This document shows positions 22,550 through 36,100 of a stretch of 64,000 nucleotides of DNA, piece by piece. The DNA lies in the NCBI GenBank assembly GCA_950097015.1, contig CATNEN010000029.1, forward strand, positions 4,898,001 to 4,962,000. Reading direction: 5' to 3'. Source of the stretch: Macrostomum hystrix. Lineage: Eukaryota; Animalia; Platyhelminthes. Made by a program: the position numbers and the translations under genes. How positions within the stretch are numbered: the first letter of the stretch is position 1; every line of letters starts with the position of its first letter. The notes beneath the pieces are model-generated. The model was not told where the DNA came from. It ran no database searches and saw only the letters and a program-made list of their open reading frames with translations.

Positions 22550-23140
22550 GATCACTCGAGTGACAATCACACCTGAATGAGCACTCTAATGACAATCACA
22601 CTTGAATATGCACCCGAGTGAGCAATCACACCTTAGTGAGCACTCGAGTGAGCAATCACACCTTAGTGAGCACTCTAATGACAATCACACTTGAATATGC
22701 ACCCGAGTGAGCAATCACACCTTAGTGAGCACTCGAGTGAGCAATCACACCTGAATGAACACTCTAATGACAATCACACTTGAATATGCACCCGAGTGAG
22801 CAATCACACCTTAGTGAGCACTCGAGTGAGCAATCACACCTTAGTGAGCACTCTAATGACAATCACACTTGAATATGCACCCGAGTGAGCAATCACACCT
22901 TAGTGAGCACTCGAGTGAGCAATCACACCTTAGTGAGCACTCTAATGACAATCACACTTGAATATGCACCCGAGTGAGCAATCACACCTTAGTGAGCACT
23001 CGAGTGAGCAATCACACCTTAGTGAGCACTCTAATGACAATCACACTTGAATATGCACCCGAGTGAGCAATCACACCTGAATGAGCACTCGAGTGAGCAA
23101 TCACACCTGAATGAGCACTCGAGTGAGCAATCACACCTGT
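22550..23140. repeat. ~30-bp minisatellite with ~89-bp trimeric period, just past the SLC17A9 stop
   Basis: GCAATCACACCTTAGTGAGCACTCGAGTGA and two variants cycle. Confidence 0.9.
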
Positions 23141-23178
23141 TCATACCAGATCCAGAGTGTTCAGTAACTCCTCAAGTG

Positions 23179-26100
23179 TCAAATGATTCTTCTGCCCGAG
23201 CCAAACAGTATGTAGACTAGCCAGCCGATTAGGCACACAACGGCAGTCTGTTGAAATACGGCCGACCAAGACTTTGTCCACTCCAGCAGGAAGCCAACAA
23301 GGTAGACGCCAAGAAAGCCGGGCAGGGCTCCGGCCATGTTCATAATGCCGAACACAGCGCCGCCGCTGTCAGGCGCCAGGTCTGTCGGATTCAATTGTAC
23401 GCCGCTGTTGTGAAAGCCGCAGAAGGCTACAGCGGCGGCCATGCAGGTTAGCGAGGCCGCGTAGCTGGTGCAGAATGGCATCAACAGCAGAAAGAAGGCA
23501 CAGCCGAGCAGAGTGACGCTAACTATAAACTTTCTGGTTGCCGTCACGCTGACTCCACGTCGGATTAGCGCGTCTGCGGTCAGGCCAGACAGCAGGGCTG
23601 ACGGCACCGTCACTAGCCAGGGCACCAGGTTGAACACCCAGGACCTGGCCGTTGGGAAAGTGTCATGAAAATAGGTTGGCAACCAGGATAGCAGGATGTA
23701 ATAGGCGTGGCCGTGGGCGTAGTGGCCAACTAGCATGGCCCAGAATGGCGCGGCGCGGAACAGACGCGACCAGGCTACAGGAGTGCCGGAGGCAGCTGCG
23801 CCAGGAGTCAGCGGCAACGGCAGCGGCAGCTGGTTATGATGATGCAGCGACGACTTGCGCGATCTCGGCAATTGTTTTTCGCTGGCGACATTCGGCCCGA
23901 TGACCATGAGCTGGCGAGTGGCCAGGGCCCAGAGCAGGGTTAGACAGCCTGAGTCGGTTGGAGTGAGCACATTTGTTATGCAATAAATGAAATGAAGGAT
24001 CGAGGATAATGAGCAAAGATTGAGCATGAGAACCTGAAGGATCAGGAATGAGAACCCTAAAGGATCAAGGATGAGAACCTGAAGGATCGGGGATGAGAAC
24101 CCTGAAGGATCGAGGATAAGAACCTGAAGGATCGGGGATTGAAAACCCTGAATATTGTTCTCACCCTAAACCAGCACAATCAGAGATGCAGATTCTGAGG
24201 ATACAAGCTACATTAAAGTGAATCCTAAATGCTCTTCTGCATAAAACTAATAATAAGTCGATCGGCTCACCGCTAAGCAGAAATGGAATGCGCCAGCCGT
24301 ATAGATCTAGGATGACACTGCCCAGACTGCCGCAGAGCAGGGTACTGCGGGTACAATTGGCGAGTGAAATGAATTAAAAACTAATTGCAAACTATGCCCA
24401 GACTGGGTAGCTCTTATAGCGGATTATTCCAAATGAAATTATGAGCTCTTAAAATACCAAATCCGCTTCCACAAATGAAGCAGGGCGTGCAGTCACCGAA
24501 AGCAAAAAGTTTTTTAACGAGTACCGATTCGGCAATTTTGAGCGAAACAATCTAGCTAGCATGCGAATAGTATACGGCGTATCAAGTTAAATTTATATTC
24601 TTATAGATTATAGAAGAATTACAAACAGTCTATGAAGCACAGGAGAACCTGTAGCCGAGTTGTTAGAGATTCGGAATTCTAACTCAGAGGTCAGGATTTC
24701 GAATCTCAGCAGAATTCATTAGGTAGCACAATTAGCTAGGGTAGAAATTAGATTGAGTGGCGGTTCCCCAGTCCACGGACTGAACTGCTGTACGCAGTTC
24801 ATCTGGCCCAACCGGACCAAGTCTAATTTTTTTTAAACATATTTTGGGATCTCATTGCGGGATTTTTAAGTCGACAAAGTTTTATTTTTATAAGAGCTGT
24901 TCAAACGAGCAAGCAACACGATGAGAATTTCCCAGAACCAATTAAGGTATCACAAATAAGGTTACATTAAATCGGATTAAGCGACTGTAGGATAGCTTTC
25001 TCTTGACGTCATCTACCTGTAAATCATTTGCGGCAAGCTTTCTCAGTTAGGAGTGCTGAGAAATCTAACTGAAAAGCCTGTTGACAAAATTATTACGATA
25101 TCGATTTTGTATGCTAAAATTAATAAGGAACAGTTCTATTTGGCAACGAAAAAACGTAGTTCTAAATTAATTACAGCCTTCCAGCAGTCTAGCAACTTTA
25201 CTTTCAACTACATTTAATAACTCAAGTGCTCGCTATACTTTTTAAAGGACTATTATATCCGAGTTGATTGATGTTTTATGAATCGTCAATCTAGAAACTG
25301 TTTATCTCTACAATCCCATCACCTGTCATTGGATTGTTGTTCAACCAGGATATTATCTACTGTGCATTGGCTTGGCACTTGGCACTTAAGCATTTGTGTA
25401 GCCTAGTACTCGCGTACCCTAGTACTCGCGTACCCTAGTACTCGCGTACCCTAGTACTCGCATACCCTAGTACTCGCGTACTCTAGTACTCGCGTACTGT
25501 TTTTACAGAGCATTTTATGTAGACTTAGTATTTATTTATAAGCTCTGTACCAAAAAATAAATGTTTCTAATCTAGAGCTATCTAAACCTATCTCTACCGG
25601 AACACCAGCCGCTGGGCTCTACTCACCCAACATGCGCCCCGGCCGCTTGAAATGCAAACGTAGTGCCCCGATCCTTGAGGCCCACCCGGTGCGACATCAG
25701 GCTGCCAACGGCCGGATTGTGAAAGCCCTGGCAGGCGCCTTGGACAACTCTGGCAGCCAGGATGGCAGTTAGCAGAGTGCGATGGTTATCAGTTAGGGCT
25801 GGCAGAAACGGAATGCAAAGGGTGACGAGAGCCCAACCGTAGGCGGCTGTTACCACTACTCGCTCGCCTCCCTGGTTGAAAACATTTTTTTTAAATTATA
25901 AACTGAGTTTTCTGGACCCAAAGCATTCTTATAGGTCATATTTCATCTATAATTCACGCTAGAACAGTCTTCATCTCCCACTGAGATGAAGAGCCCATCC
26001 CAAGAGCCCATTCATCACTCGATCGCCATTGAATCAGTCTTCACTTACCCCTGAATCATTCTTATGACTCCTAACTGAGCATTCTACCTAGACAGCCTAG

Positions 26101-27073
26101 AGTATCTCACCCTGCTGTCAGCCAGATAACCACCCAGACAGCCTAGAGTATCTCACCCTGCTGTCAGCCAGATAACCACCCAGACAGCCTAGAGTATCTC
26201 ACCATGCTGTCAGCCAGATAACCACCCAGACAGCCTAGAGTATCTCACCCTGCTGTCAGCCAGATAACCACCCAGACAGCCTAGAGTATCTCACGCTGCT
26301 GTCAGCCAGATAACCACCCAGACAGCCTAGAGTTTCTCACCCTGCTGTCAGCCAGATAACCACCCAGACAGCCTAGAGTATCTCACCCTGCTGTCAGCCA
26401 GATAACCACCCAGACAGCCTAGAGTTTCTCACCCTGCTGTCAGCCAGATAACCACCCAGACAGCCTAGAGTATCTCACCATGCTGTCAGCCAGATAACCA
26501 CCCAGACAGCCTAGAGTTTCTCACCATGCTCTCAGCCAGATAACCTCCCAGACAGCCTAGAGTATCTCACCATGCTGTCAGCCAGATAACCACCCAGACA
26601 GACTATAGTTTCTCACCATGCTGTCAGCCAGATAACCACCCAGACAGCCTAGAGTATCTCACCCTGCTGTCAGCCAGATAACCACCCAGAAACTGCGTGG
26701 CCATGTAGCCCCAGAAAAACAGTCCCAGAGCGGCGCCAGTCTCCTTCTTGTTCCAGGAAAGCTCCGTGCTGATTGACACGGCGGAAACTGGCGTTACAGT
26801 GCGCGCTATGAACAATGCGGCTTGGCCAGCAAACAGGCACCACATCCAGCGAATGCGCTGACTGTAGGACCACAGCTGACAGCATTCCTCTTTGCCTAGC
26901 AGATCCACATCCGAGTGCTTATCTGCTGAAGCCAAGTGCAACGACATGCTGTTTTTGCTGCAGCTGCTATTGCTGTCGCTCCTGCTTCTGCTGCCAACAC
27001 TTTTTAAACTGTTACCGACATGGGATGCCGAGGCAGACAGCACTGAGACAGCTGCTGCCTTGTCATTCTCCAT
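23179..27073 (-). CDS. SLC17A9: SLC17A9-like MFS anion/nucleotide transporter, 4 exons: 27073-26663, 25871-25627, 24344-24271, 23948-23179 (499 aa)
   Basis: WNKKETG..LGLFFWGYMATQFLGGYLAD, GGERV, QG..NPAV.SL.S, GTLLCGSLGSVILDLYGW, ILLSWLPTYF..TFP..R.WVFNLVPWLV, DLAP..GGAVFG.MN.AGA. Junction phases agree; exon 3 found manually. Confidence 0.9.
24020..24145. repeat. ~25-bp degenerate repeat, SLC17A9 intron 3
   Basis: GAAGGATCG(A/G)GGAT(A/G)AGAACC(C)T copies. Confidence 0.75.
25403..25497. repeat. 16-bp minisatellite
   Basis: Unit CTAGTACTCGCGTACC, about 6 copies. Confidence 0.92.
26090..26690. repeat. 46-bp minisatellite made of the SLC17A9 exon 1/intron 1 junction (~13 copies)
   Basis: Minus unit CTGGGTGGTTATCTGGCTGACAGCA(G/T)G|GTGAGA(T/A)ACTCTAGGCTGT. 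Confidence 0.95.
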
Positions 27074-27304
27074 ATGGTGCTGTCTTGCAAGCCTGCAAAA
27101 ATATTACTACTATGTAGCCTATGTGTTTAATACAATCGAGATTTGAAGCTTCTAAAGAGGAATTTCGACAAAATTAAAAATGATACAGAATATTCTAAAA
27201 TGTGTAAATTTATCATGATACCTAATCATACCTTCAACTTGAGCTAATACTTAACAAAGGATAGAATATAGAGCCTGTTGTTTTCGTATTCAATCAGGGC
27301 TATA

Positions 27305-27597
27305 AAGACGTAGCCTTGTGGTTAGGGCGTCGGATTCACGACTTGATGTTCGGCGGTTCGATTGCCGACTTCACTGGAACAATTTGTGTCCTTTAGCAAG
27401 ACACTTAAATCTGCATTGCTTCAGTTCACTCAGCTATTAAATGGGTACCAGCATCAGCTGGGGTAATTGAGGGTGGGTGTGGCATCCCCCCCAGTCCATG
27501 GACTGAACAGCAGTACGCAGCCTTCAGAGGCGCCACGCAATGGCTGCGGATGTGCTGTCGGCTGCACATCTGGCCCAATTGGGGCAGGTGAAATCAG
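27305..27597 (+). mobile_element. tRNA-derived CORE-type SINE (family 1), near full length
   Basis: Head GTAGCCTTGTGGTTAGGGCG...GGTTCGATT; central TGTGTCCTTTAGCAAGACACTTAA..GCTTCAGTT..AAATGGG resembles the MIR/CORE block; tail GGGGCAGGTG. Confidence 0.88.
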
Positions 27598-27807
27598 TTA
27601 TTTTATAAATTAGGGTTATTTAGCATTAGCAACTTTTTTACCTTTTTAACTTCAATGGCTAATATATAAATTAGACTTTTTCAGTTTTTTTTTATAAAGT
27701 AAAATATACTACAAATAAAACACACTGCTAGTACATTACTAATACAAACTACCAACTAGATCTTTAGAGCAATAGCTTCACTTTATTGTAGCCTTGTAGC
27801 ATTATAG

Positions 27808-28085
27808 GTTGTAGCCTTGTGGTTAGAGCCTTGGACTCAAAACTTGAAGTTCAGGGGTTTAATTGCTGACTCCACTAGAACAATTTGTGTCCTTTAGCAA
27901 GGCGCTTAACTCGGCATTGCTACAGTTCACCCAGCTGCTAAATGGGTATCTGGGGTAATTGAGGTGGGTATGGCATCTGTCCCAGTCCATGGACTGAACA
28001 GCTCTACCCACCCTTCAGATAAACCTGAAATAGCTGCGACTGTTCTGTTGGCTGTACATCTAGCTAAATGGGGGCAGGTGTAGTC
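27808..28085 (+). mobile_element. SINE family 1 copy
   Basis: Same head, core and tail as the 27305 copy, more diverged. Confidence 0.85.
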
Positions 28086-30148
28086 AATTAAAGTAATCAA
28101 TTAGCTTTATTGAATGAAAATAGCTAGTTATAGCCTATCTAATTTCAAGCGCTCTGCTGAAGTAAAACCATCTTGCCATTTTTATTTTGCAATATAAAGT
28201 CTTTAGACACTGTAGAGAGGCAATGATCATTTATTCAGCTAAAGCAAGTGAATATAAAAGCAAATTAAGCGAATGGGTAAAATCTGACCAATATATATAT
28301 TTATTTTTTAATAAAAATATTGAAACTGATATTTATATAAAAATGCATAATGGTTAATGCACAAAAAGTGGTAGGAATTTTTTTACAACCCTAATAAACC
28401 AAAGAACATGCAGCATTAACTAAACGGATGATATGATGCATGACTATGGAACATATTATTGTTTCAACTTAAACTCTATCACATGACTATTTGTTGGGAA
28501 TTAGATTTTCTAATATAAAAATAGTATAAACAGCTTATAAGGAACTAAATAAATATATAGATTTTTAGGTGAGATATGTGCGAAGTAAAATAAAATAATT
28601 AGTTAAAATTATTGACAAGCTATTAGTTCTAGTACTATAATTAACAAAAATTATGTGCTACTAGTTACTACTACTACTTATTTGCCGAGTATAAAAATAT
28701 AGGAAAGGCACTGGCAGGCAATTAAACCTAATATAGAGTTTGTCTGTGCAAATAGGACTTCGGATCTCCAAATTATTAATATAAAATCTTAGATACCAAG
28801 AAAATAATAATAATAAGTTGACGAGCCGACGAGGTGAACCGCTTTAAGTGTAAACCTAGCGAGGCAAAGTAAATTAAAATTTCGTATTCCACTTAAGAGT
28901 GTAAATCTTCAACCGGTAAAAAAGCTTATTGTACCATGAATTGTCAACTTTAAATGAATTGGCTATACCTGAATTTCAAACCTATAACCCTTTAACAGCA
29001 GCTTAAAATCGTTCCAGAATCCAGAGATTCCACAACCCTATTGTTCTGGTATTCTATAAAATAGGAACATCAAAAGCCCGCCGAATCCTTTTCCAAAGCA
29101 CTTTATGCATTTTAACAAATATATACATTGGAAACTAATTTCAACAGTATAGGTATCTTAAAAATTACAAGTACAGAAAAAAAGTTTTTACATATGCAAG
29201 AAAACAGGATTTTTGTGTCTACTTTGCGTCTCTATGATTGATGCTTGCAAACTATTTAACTATACAAAATATTTATTTTATCTGAATCGCAAATTTCTTT
29301 AATGCTCTACTTGTTACCTATTTCTTGAATTGTATTTTGGTTTCTCGATGTGTAATGCTTTTAGAAACTTCTAGGAAAGGAGCGCACGTTAGGACATTTA
29401 ATGGAATATGTAACTTTAAGATATGGGATGTCTATGAGGTGCACAAGCCTGAGAGTTATTATTATTGATTTAGCGAAAAAAGCAAATGTGACAGAGGTCA
29501 GTGCATAAATTATTTATTGCATAAAGCGATATTTATGTTTTGTATACAATCGAATACATGTAAAGATATTTAGTAATATGTGTATATGTGTATATGTTTG
29601 TGAATGAATGTATTTTAACTGTGATACATGCTCATTTAATAAATTTGTAAAATGGAAGCTACTTCTATAATGATTTCGTAATGGTTTAGCGCACGTTCTT
29701 CCTATCTCGAACTATAGAATGGGACTGGAAGAACTACTAGCTAATTACAGCTATTTGTTTATTTGCTATCTATATTGACACATTTTTAACAACAAATTGA
29801 AAACTATTGAAAACCAAATGATGCATGATTTCACTACCAATTAAAAGCAATGACCAATATTCTTACAAAAAACATTCTTTACAAATGACTTTTTCTTTTC
29901 TTGCTTGCCCTTTTCTTGGTTTTCATTGCGTCTCGTTTTATTTTCTACATCGAGATACATGGTTAAGTTAGCAAATTACTCTTTTAAAAACTTTGCAATA
30001 GTTACAAAATTTAATAGTTAAATGTTAGTTATAAACGAAATGCTCGTACATCCCGACATTCTTACCTTTGAACAGCCATTGCATACGTAGCGACCATCTC
30101 ACCAGTATCGAACTACTAATATCTATCGCATTGCAGCAATAAAAGCCA

Positions 30149-33100
30149 ATGACGCGCAAAAGTTCCAAGAGTGGCAAGTCGAGCCGCTTGAAGCTGAGCA
30201 GTGAAGACATCGGCAACTCGGACGCCGGCCAGGCAGAAACAGTCGTCCAGGCGCAGGCCGAAGTTGCCCAGCCGCCCGACGCCGGCCAGGAGGCCGAGAT
30301 CGAGTCCGACGTAGAGCCGGAGCCGGAGGCGCCAACCCTCACCGAGCTCATCATCAGCAAATTCGCCGGCGACAAGGTCAACGGCCAATTCGAAGGCTAC
30401 GGATTTATGGAGTTCGCCAATGGAAATTTATACGAGGTAAATTGGAGAGTTTTAAATATTCATTCCTAAATATGCTCAAATATTTTTAGCTGCGTTTTGC
30501 TTCTACTGCAAGTAGTATGTAAGCTGTATTATTTAGTAGCAATTTTACTTTTTATGAGATAAGGGTATTCGGACTTCGACTCGCTTCGGACTGGGACATC
30601 GGGAGTTCGAATCTCAGACCAAGAGAAAGAACATGCGTCCTTGAGCTGGACGAGCATTAATTTACACTTACTTCTATTCTCTATCTCCGTCGGTGTAAAC
30701 AAAAGTGACACTGGAATATCATCTGATCAAAGCCTATTATTATCTTGACAAGGACAATTAATTCTGTACTATTGATGTCAGAAATCGATTGACGATAAGC
30801 GATGAAATGAATAAGACACCACTTGATTAATGGAATTTAAGATGCGACTGTCTTTGAAACGAGTAGGCAGATAAGTAGAAGCAAAATCCGAAATTCCTCC
30901 AGGGCTAGCTGCAGTTGCAGAAAGAGAATATGCTTTCCAGATTTTTTGTACTTCATATCACTTAACAAATAATGACATGTGGTGCTTAGTTGCTAAGCAA
31001 CTTTACAATTAATAAAATAAACATTTCAGGGCGAATTCCATCACGGCACAATGCACGGAAAGGGAAAGTACACGTGGACTGGCACGGGAATGACTTACGA
31101 GGTGAGATCATTGAATAATATAATAATATTATTATTAATTGATTACACCTGCCCCGATTGGGACCGATGTGCAGCCGACAGCACAGCCGCAGCTATTGCG
31201 CGGCGCATCTGAAGGCTGAGTACAGCTTTTCAGTCCATGGACTGGGGGGACGCCACACCCACCCTCAATTACCCCAGCTGATGCTGGTACCCATTTGACA
31301 GCTGGGCGAGCTGAAGCAATGCAGAGTTAAGTCTAAAGGACACAGATTGACTCAGGAATCGAACCCCCGACCTTTAAGTCGTGAATCCGACGCTCTAACC
31401 GCAAGGCTACAACCTGCGTCTCGATCCAACCTCGAGAGCGAGACAACCTGTCCAACCTCGCCGAGATCATTGAGCAATGATTTAATTCAATATTGAAACT
31501 GACAGGACTGTCATTATAATTTCAGGGCGACTTTTACTGCAACCACATAACTGGCATTGGAAGGTATACCTGGGCGGATGGAAGGTGAGAATTTAGGCTT
31601 CAACGTATTTAAGTAAACTGTTTTTTAAGTTCGTTCTAGCTAATAAGAAATGCTTATTTTTAAACGAGAAGCACAATTTACTGCTATTTCAGCACCTATG
31701 AGGGCCAGGTGGTGCAGGGAGTCAGGCATGGAATCGGTGTGTTCTCGCATCCAAGCGGCCTATGCTACGATGGACAGTGGCACATGGGACTCAAGCAGGG
31801 CCAGGTTAGTGGACTGGGCTCAGTGCTGGCTCTGATTATTATTACTCTGCTTCTAGTGAATAGTGATATCTGAGTGTCTGAGGTATTCATGCTGAGTGTC
31901 TGAGGTATCCTACCTGAGTGTCTGAGGTATCCTACCTGAGTGTCTGAGGTATCTTACCTGAGTGTCTGAGGTATTCATGCTGAGTGTCTGAGGTATCCTA
32001 CCTGAGTGTCTGAGGTATCCTACCTGAGTGTCTGAGGTATCCTAGCTGAGTGTCTGAGGTATCCAACCTGAGTGTCTGAGGTATCCTACCTGAGTGTCTG
32101 AGGTATCTTACCTGAGTGTCTGAGGTATCTTACCTGAGTGTCTGAGGTATCCTACCTGAGTGTCTGAGGTATCTTACCTGAGTGTCTGAGGTATCTTACC
32201 TGAGTGTCTGAGGTATCTTACCTGAGTGTCTGAGGTATCCTACCTGAGTGTCTGAGGTATCTTACCTGAGTGTCTGAGGTATCTTACCTGAGTGTCTGAG
32301 GTATCTTACCTGAGTGTCTGAGGTATCTTACCTGAGTGTCTGAGGTATCTTACCTGAGTGTCTGAGGTATCTTACCTGAGTGTCTGAGGTATCCTACCTG
32401 AGTGTCTGAGGTATCTTACCTGAGTGTCTGAGGTATCTTACCTGAGTGTCTGAGGTATCTTACCTGAGTGTCTGAGGTATCCAACCTGAGTGTCTGAGGT
32501 ATCCTACCTGAGTCTTAGCTAAGCCTCTCCTTGAATTTCGCAGGGTAAGCTAAGTTATTCAGCTGACGGCCCCAGCTACTATGAGGGTCATTGGTTCGCC
32601 GACCGTCCTCACGGCGAAGGAATTCGCAGATATCCCAGCGGAAATGTCTACCAGGGCATGTGGTACGCCGGCCTCAGGCACGGTCAGGGCAGCATGCGAT
32701 GGGCCGACAAAGATGAGACCTACACAGGGGCATGGGAGGATGGGGTGCAGGTGAGCACATTTTTTAGCAGTAGGTTTGATCACACTGGCGTGTGTACATC
32801 TGCCTGTCTGACTGTTGAACTATCCTTCTCGACGCGAAAACGAACTCACGACCTTTCGTGCATGAATCGGACTGTTATTTTAAGTGTTTAGGTGTAACAA
32901 TCAATTAATTTAGAACTTGTTTATGCAGGATAACTAATATAAGAATGGCCCGTGCCTAACTACATGATTGACAGGTGAATATAGATTTTTCTAGCGACTT
33001 ACAAGGCCAATAAACAGCTACGCATATCCGCCATTTCTTAACTAGCACTGTTTGCTTTCAAAGCACTGGCTTAAGTCTAGTCAACAAATGAGTTTAGAAT

Positions 33101-36100
33101 CGATTATATTAGCTAAAGTGTTCTGCAGAAAATTAACTACAGACTTGGATACGAGCAGCTCACAATATTGCTCACATTAATGGAGTCCAGTCTTATATTA
33201 TGTATCCACAATCTACAATTCACTCTTGAATCATACACAATTCACACTCCTGAATCATCCACAATTCACACTCCTGAATCATCCACAATTCACACTCCTG
33301 AATCATCCACAATTCACTCCTGAATCATCAACAATTCACCTTTGAATCATCCACAATTCACTCCTGAATCATCCACAATTCACACTCCTGAATCATCCAC
33401 AATTCACACTCCTGAATCATCCACAATTCACTCCTGAATCATCAACAATTCACCTTTGAATCATCCACAATTCACTCCTGAATCATCAACAATTCACCTT
33501 TGAATCATCTACAATTCACTCCTGAATCATCAACAATTCACCTTTGAATCATGCACAATTCACTCCTGAATGATCCAAAATTCACTCCTGAATCATCAAC
33601 AATTCACTCCTGAATCATCCACAATTCACTCCTGAATGATCCAAAATTCACTCCTGAATCATCCACAATTCACTCCTGAATCATCCACAATTCACTCCTG
33701 AATCATCCACAATTCACCTTTGAATCATGCACAATTCACTCCTGAATGATCCAAAATTCACTCCTGAATCATCCACAATTCACTCCTGAATCATCCACAA
33801 TTCACTCCTGAATCATCCACAATTCACTCCTGAATCATCCACAATTCACTCCTGCATCATCCACCCTCAGCACGGTGTCGGCCAGCACATCTGGTACCTG
33901 AAGCGGGCGCAAGGCTCGCAGTACATGCTGCGCAACATCTACGAGGGCGACTTCGCCAAGGGTCGTCGCCATGGCTATGGCGTGTTCTGCTATCCCTCTG
34001 GCAGCCGTTACGAGGGCCAGTGGGCCAACGATGTGAAATGCGGCCACGGTAAATTCATCTTCAAGAATGGCCGAGTTTTCGAGGGCCAGTTCAAAGACGA
34101 CCGGATGGTGGAGTTTCCCAGCTTCACGCACGACGGCCGCACAACGCCGGACCACGCGAGCATTCGAACCCGATCGCCCCTGCCTGGCGAGGCGCAATCG
34201 GTGCATAGCAACGCCAGCGTGAACACACTGAGTCCGGGCTTCCAGCTTGGCTTGGAGCACATCTACCTTGCTGGTCAGCTGTTTGACTGCGATCTAGAAG
34301 AGGAGACGGGACAGGTGGGTCTGATTCTATCGTCATTTGAGGTTCTAAGTTCGGCGCAGACACAAATTGTTCTCCTTGGGCCGAGATTCGAACTCCCGAC
34401 CTCTCAGACAATCAGTTTGCCCCGCTGTAAAATTAATAGCAGAAATTTATGGAAAGCACCTGAATGCTGCGTAAAGCTTTTCAGTCCATGGACCCTAAAT
34501 TACCCCAGCTAATGCTGGTACCCATTTGACAGCTGGGTGAACTGAAGCAATGCAGAGTTAACAGTCTTACTTCAGATTACAGATTGTTTCAGTAAAGTCG
34601 GGAATCGAACCCCCGACCTTCAAGTCGCGAGTCCGACGCTCTAACCACTTTAAATATTTAGATTTACCTTCCCCACCTCAACACAGGCTAGCTTCGTCGC
34701 TCTGCACTACCTGGGCAAGCTGCGCAAGATATACAACTATTACGCCACCCTGGGCACAGCCGAGCTAGAGGACAATGCCAACGTGCTGACTATGCTGCAG
34801 TTCTGGCGTCTCATGAAGGACTGCAGATTCATCAATGGCGATTGGACGCTGGCCAAATTAGACCGCCTGCTGGGTGAGCTGTTAATGCTGTCAATGCTGT
34901 CAATGCTGCCAATGCTGCCAATTCAACTCTGATTCGCTTTGTATTTTTTTCCAGTCTCCAATTATGATCCGTTGACGCCAGAGACGGCGCACAATCCGTT
35001 CAAGGAGGTGGTCTTCCTGGACTTTCTCAACCACTTGGTCACCATCGCCTATTACCTGTACGGGCCGACAACTAAGTGAGTAATTGGCTTTTGATTGATT
35101 ACATTACCCTCACGCTCAATCCAAACACAGCCAACCAGCCCATTGCAGTCACCTGTACGATAAGCGCCACCGGGGGTTTGTAGCTTAGTGGACTCGCGAC
35201 TTGAAGGTCGGGGGTTCGACTCCCGACTCCGCTGGAATAATTTGTGTCCTTTAGTAAGACACTTAACTCTGCATTGATTCAGTTCACACAGCTGTTAAAT
35301 GGGTACCAGCATCAGCTGGGTTAATTGAAGGTTGGTGTGGCGTCCCTCCAGTCCATGGACTTATAAGCTGTACACAGCCTTCAGATGCGCCGCGCATTAG
35401 CTGCGGCTGCGCTGTCGGCCCAATCGGGCTGGTCTAATCAATTATTGTCAATATAGTTATATATTATTATTATATCACAGGCACCCACCCATAAATACTA
35501 TCGACCTCATCATTGCTACCCCACTCCCATCCCTGCCATCCACCCTATCCCAGCCTCCTAGCCAATCACAGTCAACCACCCAATCCATGCCATCCACCCT
35601 ATCCCAGCCTCCTAGCCAATCACAGTCAACCACCCAATCCATGCCATCCACCCTATCCCAGCCTCCTAGCCAATCACAGTCAACCACCCAATCCATGCCG
35701 TACACCAAATGTCTAAAATCACGGCCGCCGCGTCGCAGGTGCGAGAAGGGCCTCCTAGCCAGCTGTTTCCGTCAGCTGATCCAGGAGAGGCTGCTGCCGA
35801 ACGCTTGCTCAGTGCGCGGCCGGCTGTTCCAGGACGCGCGTCAGGGCCGGCACGCGGCCGCCGCCTACGGCAAGTCGCTCTGGCCGGTGTTCCAGCAGCA
35901 GTGCCACTGCGAGCGCGGCCTGCCAACCCGCAGCCGGCAGGAGCGCAGCGGCGGTCAGATGCGGAGGCTGTCACAGTCGCAGCAGCAGCCGCGGCAGCAG
36001 GAGTGGGTGCTGCCCGTTCGACAGTTCTTGCGGATGCTGAATGTGAGTGAATCGAATAATTTTTCGTAACTGTATTCGAAAACCTTATAAAAGTTTACTA

